Program-made: the position numbers and the translations under genes
Part shown: piece by piece, positions 1 through 7,881 of the stretch
Numbering within the stretch: position 1 is the first letter of the stretch
Layout: each line of letters opens with the position of its first letter
The notes under the pieces: model-generated
The model's database searches: none
What the model saw: only the letters and a program-made list of their open reading frames with translations
What the model was told of the DNA's origin: nothing
NCBI RefSeq assembly: GCF_008065095.1
Contig: NZ_CP042911.1
Coordinates: 6,360,001 to 6,392,000, forward strand
Source of the DNA: Gemmata obscuriglobus
GTDB lineage: Bacteria > Planctomycetota > Planctomycetia > Gemmatales > Gemmataceae
Length of the DNA stretch: 32,000 bases
Direction of reading: 5' to 3'

Positions 1-663
1 AGTTTGGTCTGCGAAGTGGCCACCCGCGCGCTGAAGGCCGTCTGGTTCCAGAAGTGGTTCGTCCACCGGCGCCTCCGCCCCGAAGCGTACGGGGGGCTGG
101 TCCACTTCCGGAAGACCGGCGCGCGCCAGGACTTCCCGGTCCACGACGACGTCCTCAACTCGCCCGCGCTCGACGAGGTGTTCGCACGGCACGGGACGTA
201 CCTGCTCCCCATGCAATTTCCCGAGGGAAGCCCGACGCACCCGGCGTACGGGGCCGGGCACGCGACGGTGGCCGGGGCGTGCGTCACCATCCTGAAGGCC
301 TTCTTCGACGAGGATTACCCGATCCCCCACCCGGTGGTGCCGAACGACGACGGAACGGCCTTGGTCCCGTACACGGGTCCGGACGCCCACCGGCTGACCG
401 TCGGCGGGGAGCTGGACAAGGTCGCGGCCAACATCGCGATCGGGCGGAACATGGCCGGGGTTCACTGGCGGAGCGACTACCGGGAGTCGGTTCTGCTGGG
501 CCAGACCGTGGCGCTGTGCGTCCTCCACCGGCAGGCCCGCGATTACCACGAGGACTACTCGTTCACCGTCACGCTGTACGACGGAACGCGGGTGGTCGTT
601 GACAAGAGCGGGGTGAAGACCGCGGACGGCAAGCCCTACGCGCTGCCGGGCTGCGCGCACTGA
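1..663 (+). CDS. Vanadium-dependent haloperoxidase / PAP2-superfamily protein, C-terminal part (5' end lies outside the window)
   Basis: Frame 1 is open from base 1 to TGA at 661-663. All three PAP2/V-haloperoxidase signature blocks are readable: K..RRLRP, THPAYGAGHAT and GRNMAGVHWRSD. Confidence 0.8.
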   Translation, partial: SLVCEVATRALKAVWFQKWFVHRRLRPEAYGGLVHFRKTGARQDFPVHDDVLNSPALDEVFARHGTYLLPMQFPEGSPTHPAYGAGHATVAGACVTILKAFFDEDYPIPHPVVPNDDGTALVPYTGPDAHRLTVGGELDKVAANIAIGRNMAGVHWRSDYRESVLLGQTVALCVLHRQARDYHEDYSFTVTLYDGTRVVVDKSGVKTADGKPYALPGCAH

Positions 664-681
664 CCCGGCGGCGCCGGGTTC

Positions 682-718
682 GACCGCGGGACGGCGGCGC
701 TCACGCCGTCCCGCGGTC
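682..718 (+). terminator. Perfect 15-bp stem-loop downstream of the haloperoxidase-like gene (candidate intrinsic terminator, no U-tract)
   Basis: GACCGCGGGACGGCG (682-696) pairs perfectly with CGCCGTCCCGCGGTC (704-718) around a 7-nt loop. It begins 19 nt after the stop codon. A second, smaller hairpin ACCCGGC/GCCGGGT lies at 663-679. Confidence 0.4.
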
Positions 719-775
719 ACGCATCACGGTTCCCGACCAGCCGGCCCGAGCCGAACGAACCAAGGGGGAGGCACA

Positions 776-1138
776 ATGACCCGTTACGAGCGCGTCCAGC
801 AGATCCTCGACCAGTCCGTCGGAGGCCCGGGCGTCGACATCGGGGTCCACGGGGCGTTCTGGCGCAACCGGACGCGCGACCAGTTCGTCACGTTCCGGTT
901 CCGAGGTCTTGACCTCGTGGCGGTGGGGGACGGGGCGGAGTCGAACCTTGTGAAGGCGTTGCGGGGGGAGGCGCCTTTCGGTGCCGACCTCCCGAACCCG
1001 CCGCCTGGGGCCCGGTTCAGCCGAATGCCCGCGGGACTCGACCCCGTCCCCGATCCGGACATCGCGTTCATTCAGCGGTGGATCGACGCCGGCTGTCCGG
1101 AGGACCAGTTCGCCTCCGGCCGACTGGAACACCAATAA
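776..1138 (+). CDS. Small hypothetical protein made of one heme-less PSCyt-like module
   Basis: ATG at 776 follows the SD-like AAGGGGGAGG (762-771). The 120-aa product matches, at about half of positions by eye, a segment of the next protein encoded at 2661-2963. It ends with the ..RMP.G..PVP...I..I..WIDAGCP layout typical of planctomycete PSCyt modules, but has HGAFW where CxxCH would sit. Confidence 0.65.
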   Translation: MTRYERVQQILDQSVGGPGVDIGVHGAFWRNRTRDQFVTFRFRGLDLVAVGDGAESNLVKALRGEAPFGADLPNPPPGARFSRMPAGLDPVPDPDIAFIQRWIDAGCPEDQFASGRLEHQ

Positions 1139-1151
1139 AGAGGACGCTCTG

Positions 1152-3296
1152 GTGCCACACGGATTCATCACCTGGCGACCGGCCGGGCACGCGGGTAACG
1201 CGCGCGTCGCCGCCCCGCCGGCGTTCGCCCTGGCGGGAGCGGCGGGGCCGCAGTTGTGCCCGGCCCCGCCGGAGCCCCGGCCGGAAGCCGCTCAACCGCT
1301 GGCGGCTCGGGACGAGGCCGTCTTCCTCCTTCACACCGCGGCCGAGATCGAGCACGCGCTGCTCGTTCAGTACCTCTACGCCGCGTTCTCGTTCGGCGAG
1401 CCGGCGGCCCGCCTGCGCGCGAACGGGGGCGACCTCGAGCCGGAACCGCACGCCAAAGTGTTCGGCCCCGGCGGGTGGGACCGGACGCTCCTCGACATCG
1501 CGGTGGAGGAAATGTTCCACCTGATGACCGTCCAGAACGTGCTCCGGGCGATCGGCGGCCCGCTCAACCTGGAACGCGAGGACATGCCGTTCCGCAGCGA
1601 GTTCTACCCGTTCCCCTTTACCCTGGAGCCGGTGACCAAGGCGTCCCTGGCCCGGTACGTGGCCGCCGAAATGCCCGCCCGGCCCGACCCGGCTGCGTAC
1701 CCACTCCTTCCAGAGATTTTGGCCCGCGCGCGGGTCGCCAACCACCAGGGGGAGATCAACCGGGTCGGCGCGCTTTACGCCCGCATCCTCGAGCTCCTCG
1801 GGCGCGTCCCGTCGGATGCGTTCCGACCGGAGACCGCAAACGGGTACCAGGCGGACCCGGCGGAATGGGGCGGGAGCGACGCCACGGCCCTACCGGCCAA
1901 CAAGCGCGCCCGCATTCTGGCGCGGTTCGGGGGCACGCCGTCCGAGACCAAAAACAAGGTTCGTGCCGTACTCTCCCTGATCGCGGAGCAGGGCGAAGGG
2001 CCGGGGAGCGATCCGACAGGCTCGCACTTCGACCTGTTCTACCAGATGTACAAGGACTTTCCGGAAACGGACGCGGACCACGGGGCGGTGCTTTGGCACC
2101 CCGCGGTGCCGGTCCCGCGCCACCCGAGCACGAGCCCCGCGCCGTTCCCGGACCCGGACCTCGAGGCCGGGCGCGTCACGCACGGCGTGGCGGTCCGGTG
2201 GGCCAAGGTGTTCAACACGCGCTACCGGATGCTGCTCCACTTCTTGCTCCACCACCTGCTGACGGACGGCTCGGTCGTTGACCCGGACGGCCGGCCGCGG
2301 GCGGCGCGCCGGCGCGCCGCACTGTTGGGATGGGCGTTCACCGAAATGCAGACCACCCTGCGCGAGGTGTCGAACGTCCTCGCCCGCCTCCCCCGCCGCG
2401 GCGGCGCCCCATTCCCGCCGGGCCGTCCGCCGGTCGCCGGGGCGCCGTTCGAGCTGCCCTACACACTGAACCTCCCGGACCGGGACGCCGACCGCTGGCA
2501 GCTCCACCGCGACGTGTTGGACGCCGCGGAGGGGGAGCTGGCCGACCTGACCGGTCCCGCCGGGAGCGACCGAGCGATCGCCCGCCTCCGGGCAGCGAAC
2601 CGGACGATCCGCGCGGTGCTCGCGGCCCCCGACCCGTTCGGGGCGGGCGACAGCGCGACGATCGGTTTCGCCCAGGTGGTCGAGATCCTCGACCAGGCGG
2701 TCGGCGGCCCGGCCGGCGCGGTCGGGCCGCCGCACCGGGCGTTCTGGCGCGGGCTGACGCGCGACCAGTTCGTGGCCCACAAGGTTCTCGGCCACAGCCT
2801 CGTCGCCGTCGGCAACGGGGCCGGCTCGGCCCTCGTGAAGGCGCTGAAGGGCGAGCCGCCGTTTGACGGGAGCGAGTTCCCGCGTATGCCCGTCGGCTCC
2901 CCTCCGGTTCCGGGCGACCGGATCGCGCGCATCGAGAAGTGGATCGACGCGGGCTGCCCCGGGGCGGCCGCCCCCACCGCCCCGACGCCGCGCGAGCAGA
3001 TGATCGAGCTGCTCAAGGCGAAGCGCCCGCTGGCGCGGTCGCCCGGCCGCCACGGCGGCGTGCCCGCCGGCGGCGAGGTCTTGAGCACCCTGTTCGAACA
3101 GGAGCGGTACGCGGACATTCTCCAGTTCCTACAGACGGGCGCCGCGGGGCTCCCGCCCGCGGAGGGCACGCCGCTGGTCGCGCCGAAGAACCCGGGCGGC
3201 AGCGGCCTCTTCATCCAGATCACCGCGGGCGTTATGACCGGCCGGTTCACCGCCGATGAGGTCGCGGTCGTCGAACGTTGGATCAACAGCCTTTGA
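1152..3296 (+). CDS. Ferritin-like domain protein (PF12902-type N-terminal region) with C-terminal PSCyt-like modules
   Basis: This is the same frame as track ORF 981-3296. GTG at 1152 follows the SD AAAGAGGA (1137-1144) and lies just after the stop of the upstream ORF. Ferritin-like helices are readable: HTAAEIEHALLVQYLYAAFSF and VEEMFHLMTVQNVLRAIGG. The C-terminal modules lie at 2661-2963 and, more degenerate, at about 3170-3293. The start codon is inferred. Confidence 0.8.
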   Translation: MPHGFITWRPAGHAGNARVAAPPAFALAGAAGPQLCPAPPEPRPEAAQPLAARDEAVFLLHTAAEIEHALLVQYLYAAFSFGEPAARLRANGGDLEPEPHAKVFGPGGWDRTLLDIAVEEMFHLMTVQNVLRAIGGPLNLEREDMPFRSEFYPFPFTLEPVTKASLARYVAAEMPARPDPAAYPLLPEILARARVANHQGEINRVGALYARILELLGRVPSDAFRPETANGYQADPAEWGGSDATALPANKRARILARFGGTPSETKNKVRAVLSLIAEQGEGPGSDPTGSHFDLFYQMYKDFPETDADHGAVLWHPAVPVPRHPSTSPAPFPDPDLEAGRVTHGVAVRWAKVFNTRYRMLLHFLLHHLLTDGSVVDPDGRPRAARRRAALLGWAFTEMQTTLREVSNVLARLPRRGGAPFPPGRPPVAGAPFELPYTLNLPDRDADRWQLHRDVLDAAEGELADLTGPAGSDRAIARLRAANRTIRAVLAAPDPFGAGDSATIGFAQVVEILDQAVGGPAGAVGPPHRAFWRGLTRDQFVAHKVLGHSLVAVGNGAGSALVKALKGEPPFDGSEFPRMPVGSPPVPGDRIARIEKWIDAGCPGAAAPTAPTPREQMIELLKAKRPLARSPGRHGGVPAGGEVLSTLFEQERYADILQFLQTGAAGLPPAEGTPLVAPKNPGGSGLFIQITAGVMTGRFTADEVAVVERWINSL

Positions 3297-3346
3297 ACGG
3301 TCCGAAGTGAGCGAGTTCGCAAAGCCCCCTGACACCGAGGTGCCCC

Positions 3347-4546
3347 ATGTTCTGTGAGTGCCGTCGCTGCCTGAACTGCATCACCCCGCCGCACATCCTT
3401 GAGAAGCTCTTGGAGAGCAAGGACAAGGACATTCGCCAGGCGGCGCTGAGCACCCTGCTGACCACGGCCCGGTTGCGCGGCGAGCGCGCGATCCGCGGCG
3501 CGGTCGCGTTCGCCGCCGCCGGCCCGGGCGGCGGCCGGCGAACCATTTTCGACTGCCGGAACGGCAGCTTCCTTCCGAACGCCGTTCTGGCCCGCACCGA
3601 GGACGGCGCGCCGGCGGCCGACGAGTCCGTCAACCGGGCGTTCGACGGGTTAGGTACCACGCGCGACTTCTACAGGGAGGTGCTCGAGCGGGACTCCATC
3701 GACGGGCACGGGATGCGCCTCGACGGGTACGTCCACCGCGGCGTGCAGTACAATAACGCGTTCTGGGACGGGCGCGAGATGGTGTTCGGCGACGGGGACG
3801 GCGTGGTGTTCACCGACTTCACCAGCTCCCTCGACGTGATCGCGCACGAGCTGACGCACGGGGTGACCGAGTTCACCGCCGGTTTGGAGTACCACTTCCA
3901 GTCGGGCGCCCTGAACGAGTCGATCTCGGACGTGTTCGGGTCGCTGGTCAAGCAGTGGTCCCTCGGGCAGTCCGCGGACGCGGCCGACTGGCTGATCGGG
4001 GCCGAGGTGTTCACCCCGGGCATCGGCGCCGACGCGCTGCGGTCGTTGAAGGCGCCGGGGACGGCGTACGACAACAGCCTCCTTGGCCGGGACCCCCAGC
4101 CCGACCACATGAGCAAGTTCGAGGTGCGGCCCGACACCGAGGCCGGAGACTGGGGCGGGGTCCACATCAACTCGGGCATCCCGAACAAGGCGTTCTACCT
4201 GACTGCGGTGGGGATCGGCGGCAACGCCTGGGAGGCCCCCGGGCACATCTGGTACGAGGCGCTCCGGGCGTCCGGCGCGGACACCCAGTTCCAGGAGTTC
4301 GCCGACACGACGTACGCCAAGGCGGGCGAGCTGTACGGGACCGACAGCGCCGAACAACGGGCCGTGTCCGCCGCGTGGCGGGAGGTCGGCATCCGGATCA
4401 GCGGGGCCGCGTCCGGCGGGTCGCGCGGGCGTGGCGGGGCCGCGTCCGGCGACACCCTGGCCGACCTCACGAAGCAGGTCGCCGCCCTGGCCGGCCAGGT
4501 CAAGGCACTGGTGAAGGACGTCGGGGCGCTCAAGACGAAGAGGTAA
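3347..4546 (+). CDS. M4 (thermolysin-family) zinc metalloprotease, protealysin-like, without a signal peptide
   Basis: ATG at 3347. The protein has HELTH (zinc HExxH) followed by GALNESISDVFG (the third zinc ligand Glu block). The N-terminus MFCECRRCLNCITPPHILEKLL matches the short PPL-motif propeptide of protealysin-like proteases. A Gly-rich linker plus amphipathic helix forms an extra C-terminal tail. Confidence 0.9.
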   Translation: MFCECRRCLNCITPPHILEKLLESKDKDIRQAALSTLLTTARLRGERAIRGAVAFAAAGPGGGRRTIFDCRNGSFLPNAVLARTEDGAPAADESVNRAFDGLGTTRDFYREVLERDSIDGHGMRLDGYVHRGVQYNNAFWDGREMVFGDGDGVVFTDFTSSLDVIAHELTHGVTEFTAGLEYHFQSGALNESISDVFGSLVKQWSLGQSADAADWLIGAEVFTPGIGADALRSLKAPGTAYDNSLLGRDPQPDHMSKFEVRPDTEAGDWGGVHINSGIPNKAFYLTAVGIGGNAWEAPGHIWYEALRASGADTQFQEFADTTYAKAGELYGTDSAEQRAVSAAWREVGIRISGAASGGSRGRGGAASGDTLADLTKQVAALAGQVKALVKDVGALKTKR

Positions 4547-4600
4547 CGGGCGCCCCGCGGCGCGGGTACAATGCCCGACGGTCGCCCGGGAGGACGAGCA

Positions 4601-4888
4601 ATGAAAGTGACGTTGGCGAAGCACGGTGGCCTGGCGGCCGGCATCCGCCGCCCGCCGCAGGTCGTGGACACCGACGCCCTGCCGGCCCCGCTGGCGGAGG
4701 AGCTGGCCCGGTTGGTGGCGGCCGCCGTAGCGGCCGGCACGCCGCCGGGGGAGCGCCCCGGGCGCGCCCGGGACGCGATGAGCTACACGCTCACCGTGGA
4801 GGGGGACGGCCGAACCGCCCTGACCCAGTCGGATACCGCCATGACCCCGGCGTTCGCGGCCCTGCTCGCGTGGCTGGAGCAACACTAA
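4601..4888 (+). CDS. Emfourin-like protein inhibitor of protealysin-type proteases
   Basis: ATG at 4601 follows GGGAGGA (4588-4594), 54 nt after the protease stop. The roughly 95-aa product shows the pattern MK.T...GG.AG....P..VDT..LP......L..LV, then RDA.SY.LTV.., then a C-terminal ..LL.WL. This is the arrangement described for the bicistronic protealysin-emfourin operon. Family membership is recalled from memory, not searched. Confidence 0.65.
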   Translation: MKVTLAKHGGLAAGIRRPPQVVDTDALPAPLAEELARLVAAAVAAGTPPGERPGRARDAMSYTLTVEGDGRTALTQSDTAMTPAFAALLAWLEQH

Positions 4889-4914
4889 CCCGGCCTCGGC
4901 CGGTCGAGAGCTCA

Positions 4915-5379
4915 ATGAAGACCGTCATCCTGTTGCGGCACGCGGACGTCGACGCGCACGCCGGCCCGGCCCCCGACGCGCAGCCGCTGAACGCCGCGGG
5001 CCGCGCCCGGGCACAGGCGCTCGCCCGCGCGGTCGGGGCGGCGGGCGTTTCGGTCATTTACGTCAGCCCCGCGGCCCGCACCCAGGAGACCGTCGCGCCG
5101 CTCGCGGCCGAGCTGGGGGTGGCGCCGGCGGTCACCCCCGGTCCGGCCGCGTTCGCAGCGGAGGTCGCGGCCGCCGGCAGCGGCTCCGTGATTCTCGTCG
5201 CCGGCCACAGCAACACCGTGCCCGCGCTGATCGCCGGCCTCGGCGCCGCCTCGCCCGTGGCGCTCGTCGAGGGCCACGACGACCTGTTCGTTGTGACCAT
5301 CGGGGCCGGGGCCAGCGTCTTGCGCCTCAAGTACGGGGCGGCGCAGGCCCCGCGCCCGGGTGCGGTTCCGTCGCCTTGA
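4915..5379 (+). CDS. Histidine phosphatase superfamily protein (SixA-like phosphohistidine phosphatase)
   Basis: ATG at 4915, 26 nt after the previous stop. MKTVILLRHA carries the RH catalytic motif. SP..R..ET and VILVAGHSN (second catalytic His) are also present. Size is 154 aa. Confidence 0.75.
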   Translation: MKTVILLRHADVDAHAGPAPDAQPLNAAGRARAQALARAVGAAGVSVIYVSPAARTQETVAPLAAELGVAPAVTPGPAAFAAEVAAAGSGSVILVAGHSNTVPALIAGLGAASPVALVEGHDDLFVVTIGAGASVLRLKYGAAQAPRPGAVPSP

Positions 5380-5426
5380 GAGGGCGCGGGGCCGCGAGTT
5401 CCAACAGAACATCCAGTGAGCAAAAG

Positions 5427-6008
5427 ATGAGCATCGTAATTAAAGACAATATTCTGGCGTTTTACGGCAGTGTGGGCGTTAAAAATTACATGAGGATGAT
5501 TCTCAGCCCGGACCCGTTGAGGCCGACCGACGAGTGGCGCGTCGACCCGACGTCCGACAAGTTGCGGCTCAACGAACACCCGCTGGCAGACCACAACGAG
5601 CTGTTCGCGCAGCTCCTGCAGGCCAAGAAGGCCGGTGTCGAAGCGATCTACGACGGGGTCATCGACGGGGTCGGCACCCCGCTGGACAAGTTAACCGTGG
5701 CCGATTTCACGGTGCGGCCCAATTCGCCCGTCACCCCGCCGCCCCGGCGCGGCGCGGAGGGCAAGCAAAAGACGTTCGGCCTCTCCTCTTTTAAGTGCAT
5801 CATCGGCCGCCCCCACCTGGGTCTGTTTCCCAGCCGCGGCCAGGCGGTGACGATCGACCTCGCGTCGTGCGCGGTGGTGGCCGACGGCGATCCGCTTCAA
5901 GACGCCGGCGGCTTGATCGACTTCCTCCTTACCCGGTCGAACATCAACGTCACCCCGTATCTGGTCGGGGGCGCGTTGGTTCAGGTTGAAATGGAGACGG
6001 ACGCCTGA
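5427..6008 (+). CDS. Hypothetical protein (no recognisable family)
   Basis: ATG at 5427 (MSIVIKDN...) lies inside track ORF 5376-6008. The amino-acid composition looks coding. The first 70 or so nt are unusually AT-rich for this window. No motif was recognised. Confidence 0.5.
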   Translation: MSIVIKDNILAFYGSVGVKNYMRMILSPDPLRPTDEWRVDPTSDKLRLNEHPLADHNELFAQLLQAKKAGVEAIYDGVIDGVGTPLDKLTVADFTVRPNSPVTPPPRRGAEGKQKTFGLSSFKCIIGRPHLGLFPSRGQAVTIDLASCAVVADGDPLQDAGGLIDFLLTRSNINVTPYLVGGALVQVEMETDA

Positions 6009-6092
6009 TGATTACAACACAAAAATCACGATACAATATACTAAATAATTTTCTTAACAATATTAATATCTATCAACATCTTAATGAGAAAC
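6008..6092. other. Sharp AT-rich tract (about 85 bp, roughly 20-25% G+C) in a high-GC background
   Basis: The sequence reads atgattacaacacaaaaatcacgatacaatatactaaataattttcttaacaatattaatatctatcaacatcttaatgagaaacg. It lies directly between the orphan gene and the decayed IS region. Confidence 0.9.
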
Positions 6093-6296
6093 GTGACTGG
6101 GTGCCCCGTCTACTGGTAACGGAGGGCGCGGCGGTTGGACCGGCCGCCGGCACCCGGGGCCGCGAGCGAATCGATCGCACTCGCGGCGCGAACGGGTCCC
6201 TCCCGCGCCAGTTTCCGTCCACCGGGTTCCGGGGGTCACGGACCGCGCGGTCGAGGAGCCGCCCAATTCCGGTCGTGGGTCGGTGTGGTGGCCTCA

Positions 6297-7185
6297 GTGA
6301 CTGTCCCATATGTGAGAGTTATGCCACCGTGTGGTATTGAAACTCGGCGTCGACCCCTTTCGGCTCAAGCCGGTTGAGCATCAGGTGGATCATGGCCAAC
6401 TTGACGACCGCCTCCGACGACCGCACCGCCTTCTCCCGGTTCTTGGACAACCGCCGGCACGTCCCCAGCCAGGCGAACGTCCGCTCCACCGTCCACCGCC
6501 GCGGTAACTTCACCCACCCCTTGGCCCCGTCCGGGCGGCGGACGATGACCAGCTCCCACCGGGCGTTCGTCTCGACCCACTCGTACAGGGCGTAGTTGTG
6601 GTACTTGCGGTCGGCGAACACCCGGCGCACCTTCCCCATCGGTTGCTCGTCCAGCCGGCCGAACAGTTCGGCCGCCGCCTTGGCATCATCGACGCCCGCG
6701 GCCGTCACCAGCACGGCCAACAGCAACCCCATGGAATCCACGAGGATGTGCCGCTTCCGCCCGTCCACGTTCTTGGCGTTGTCCCGGCCCCGCTCCTCGC
6801 CGCCGGAGGTCGTGTCCACCGACTGGCTATCCACGCTCGCGGTCGTCCGGGGCGAGTACGGCCTCTCGGCGGTGCGGACCTTTTTGCGGAGAAGGTCATG
6901 GATCGTGTCGCGGGTGCCGTTGTGTCGCCACTCGTCGAAGTACCGCCCGACCGTGGACTTGGGCGGGAAGTCCTTGGGCCGGTACCGCCACTGGCAACCG
7001 GTCCGCAGCACGTAGAAGGCCGCGTCGGTGACGTCCCGCAGGGCGGTGGTACGGGGACGGCCGCCGGGGTACACGGGATGTGTGGCTCGATGAGCCCCCA
7101 CTGCTCGTCGGTCACGTCGCTCGGGTAGGATTGGGTTCGCATGGACCATTCTACCCACCCAACCGCCACACATGGGACAGGTCAC
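6297..7185 (-). mobile_element. IS5-family insertion sequence (889 bp) with imperfect terminal inverted repeats and a TCA/TCA flanking duplication
   Basis: The left IR GTGACTGTCCCATATGTG (6297-6314) matches the reverse complement of the right end, GTGACCTGTCCCATGTGTG (7167-7185). TCA occurs at both 6294-6296 and 7186-7188 (TNA-type duplication). A single DDE transposase gene lies inside. Confidence 0.8.
6319..7142 (-). pseudogene. IS5-family DDE transposase with its reading frame broken after about codon 23
   Basis: ATG at 7142 gives MRTQSYPSDVTDEQWGLIEPHIP, the conserved IS5-type N-terminus. The conserved continuation VYPGGRPRTTALRDVTDAAFYVLRTGCQWRYRPKDFPP... runs to TAA at 6319-6321 in the -1 frame. 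The junction is at about 7072-7078. Confidence 0.75.
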
Positions 7186-7790
7186 TCAGAAGTCAGGTGC
7201 CGCAACAGGGCCGGAGCCATCGTGACCTCGCCCCGGCGGCACGGCTTGATCAGACTGCGCCACAGCACATGGGTACCCAACTCGCACAGGCTCAGCACCC
7301 GAGCCTGCGGGAACGCGCCCGTTGCTCGTCCCGATCCCGGATGGCCGAACGCCCGCGTGTTGGCCGCCGAATCGGCCAGATCGGCCGCGAACCCGTCGAG
7401 CCCCATGAGTCGGTACTGGTGATGGAACGCGCCCGGCGTGGCCCGTGTTGCCAGCAGCGCGGTGACGCGTTCCTGGAGCCGACGCACGGGCGCAACCCCG
7501 AGCCGCACCCGTGCCATGCACAGGGTCGAGCGCTCCGGTGTACCCTTCGGGCGGAACGGGTTGAGCCACTTGAACACCTGCCGGTAGCTGTCGCGGCTGA
7601 ACAGTCCGATTCCGACTACGAACCAGAGCATGAACCAGTTCAGGAGCCGACAACAGAAGTTCGACGGGAGCGACGATTCGGTCACCACCTCTGCCATCAG
7701 TTCTCGGGGTAGCAACTGCTTCAGTGCCGCCGTTCGTTGGGACGAGGGCCATTGTGAGAACTGGTTCAGTTCGGTATAGATACGTTCCAT
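7186..7790 (-). pseudogene. IS4-family transposase, N-terminal fragment of about 200 aa, cut by the IS5-family insertion
   Basis: ATG at 7790 follows AAGGAGG. The product reads MERIYTELNQF...LPRELMAEVV...CCRLLNWFMLWFVVGIGLFSRDSYRQVF...LMGLDGFAADLADSAANTRAFGHP...AFPQARVLSLCELGTHVLW. This resembles the IS4 N-terminal domain and the first part of the DDE region. The ORF stops exactly at the IS5 boundary (7186). Only a short, frame-broken continuation is visible at 6100-6293. Confidence 0.65.
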
Positions 7791-7881
7791 CTGGGGCCTC
7801 CTTGTAAGTCTGGCGTTGTGGTAAACACCAGCTTGCTTGAAAGCCCCACTTTCGTACACCCCCCGTTGAACGGTATTGGCC

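Noticed and set aside
1890-3053. Long antisense and alternate-frame ORFs over recognised genes. Examples are 1890-3053(-), 3650-4915(-), 10241-11392(-), 11116-12774(-), 15531-17747(+), 24632-26161(+), 27892-29778(+) and 29440-31317(-).
   Set aside because: Their translations are dominated by Arg/Pro/Gly/Ala runs with no motifs, and they overlap ORFs with clear family signatures. Long spurious ORFs of this kind are expected in high-GC DNA because stop codons are rare.
6008-6340. A 110-aa track ORF that starts in the AT-rich tract.
   Set aside because: It starts in about 20% G+C sequence and then runs into Arg/Gly/Pro-rich text that overlaps the IS4 remnant and the IS5 inverted repeat. Its composition switches mid-ORF and it has no motif or SD.
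7066-7080. Programmed -1 ribosomal frameshift in the IS5-family transposase.
   Set aside because: The frame change lies after about codon 23 rather than between the usual orfA and orfB regions. The site (ATC CCG TGT) is not a slippery heptamer. A mutation or an assembly indel is more likely.
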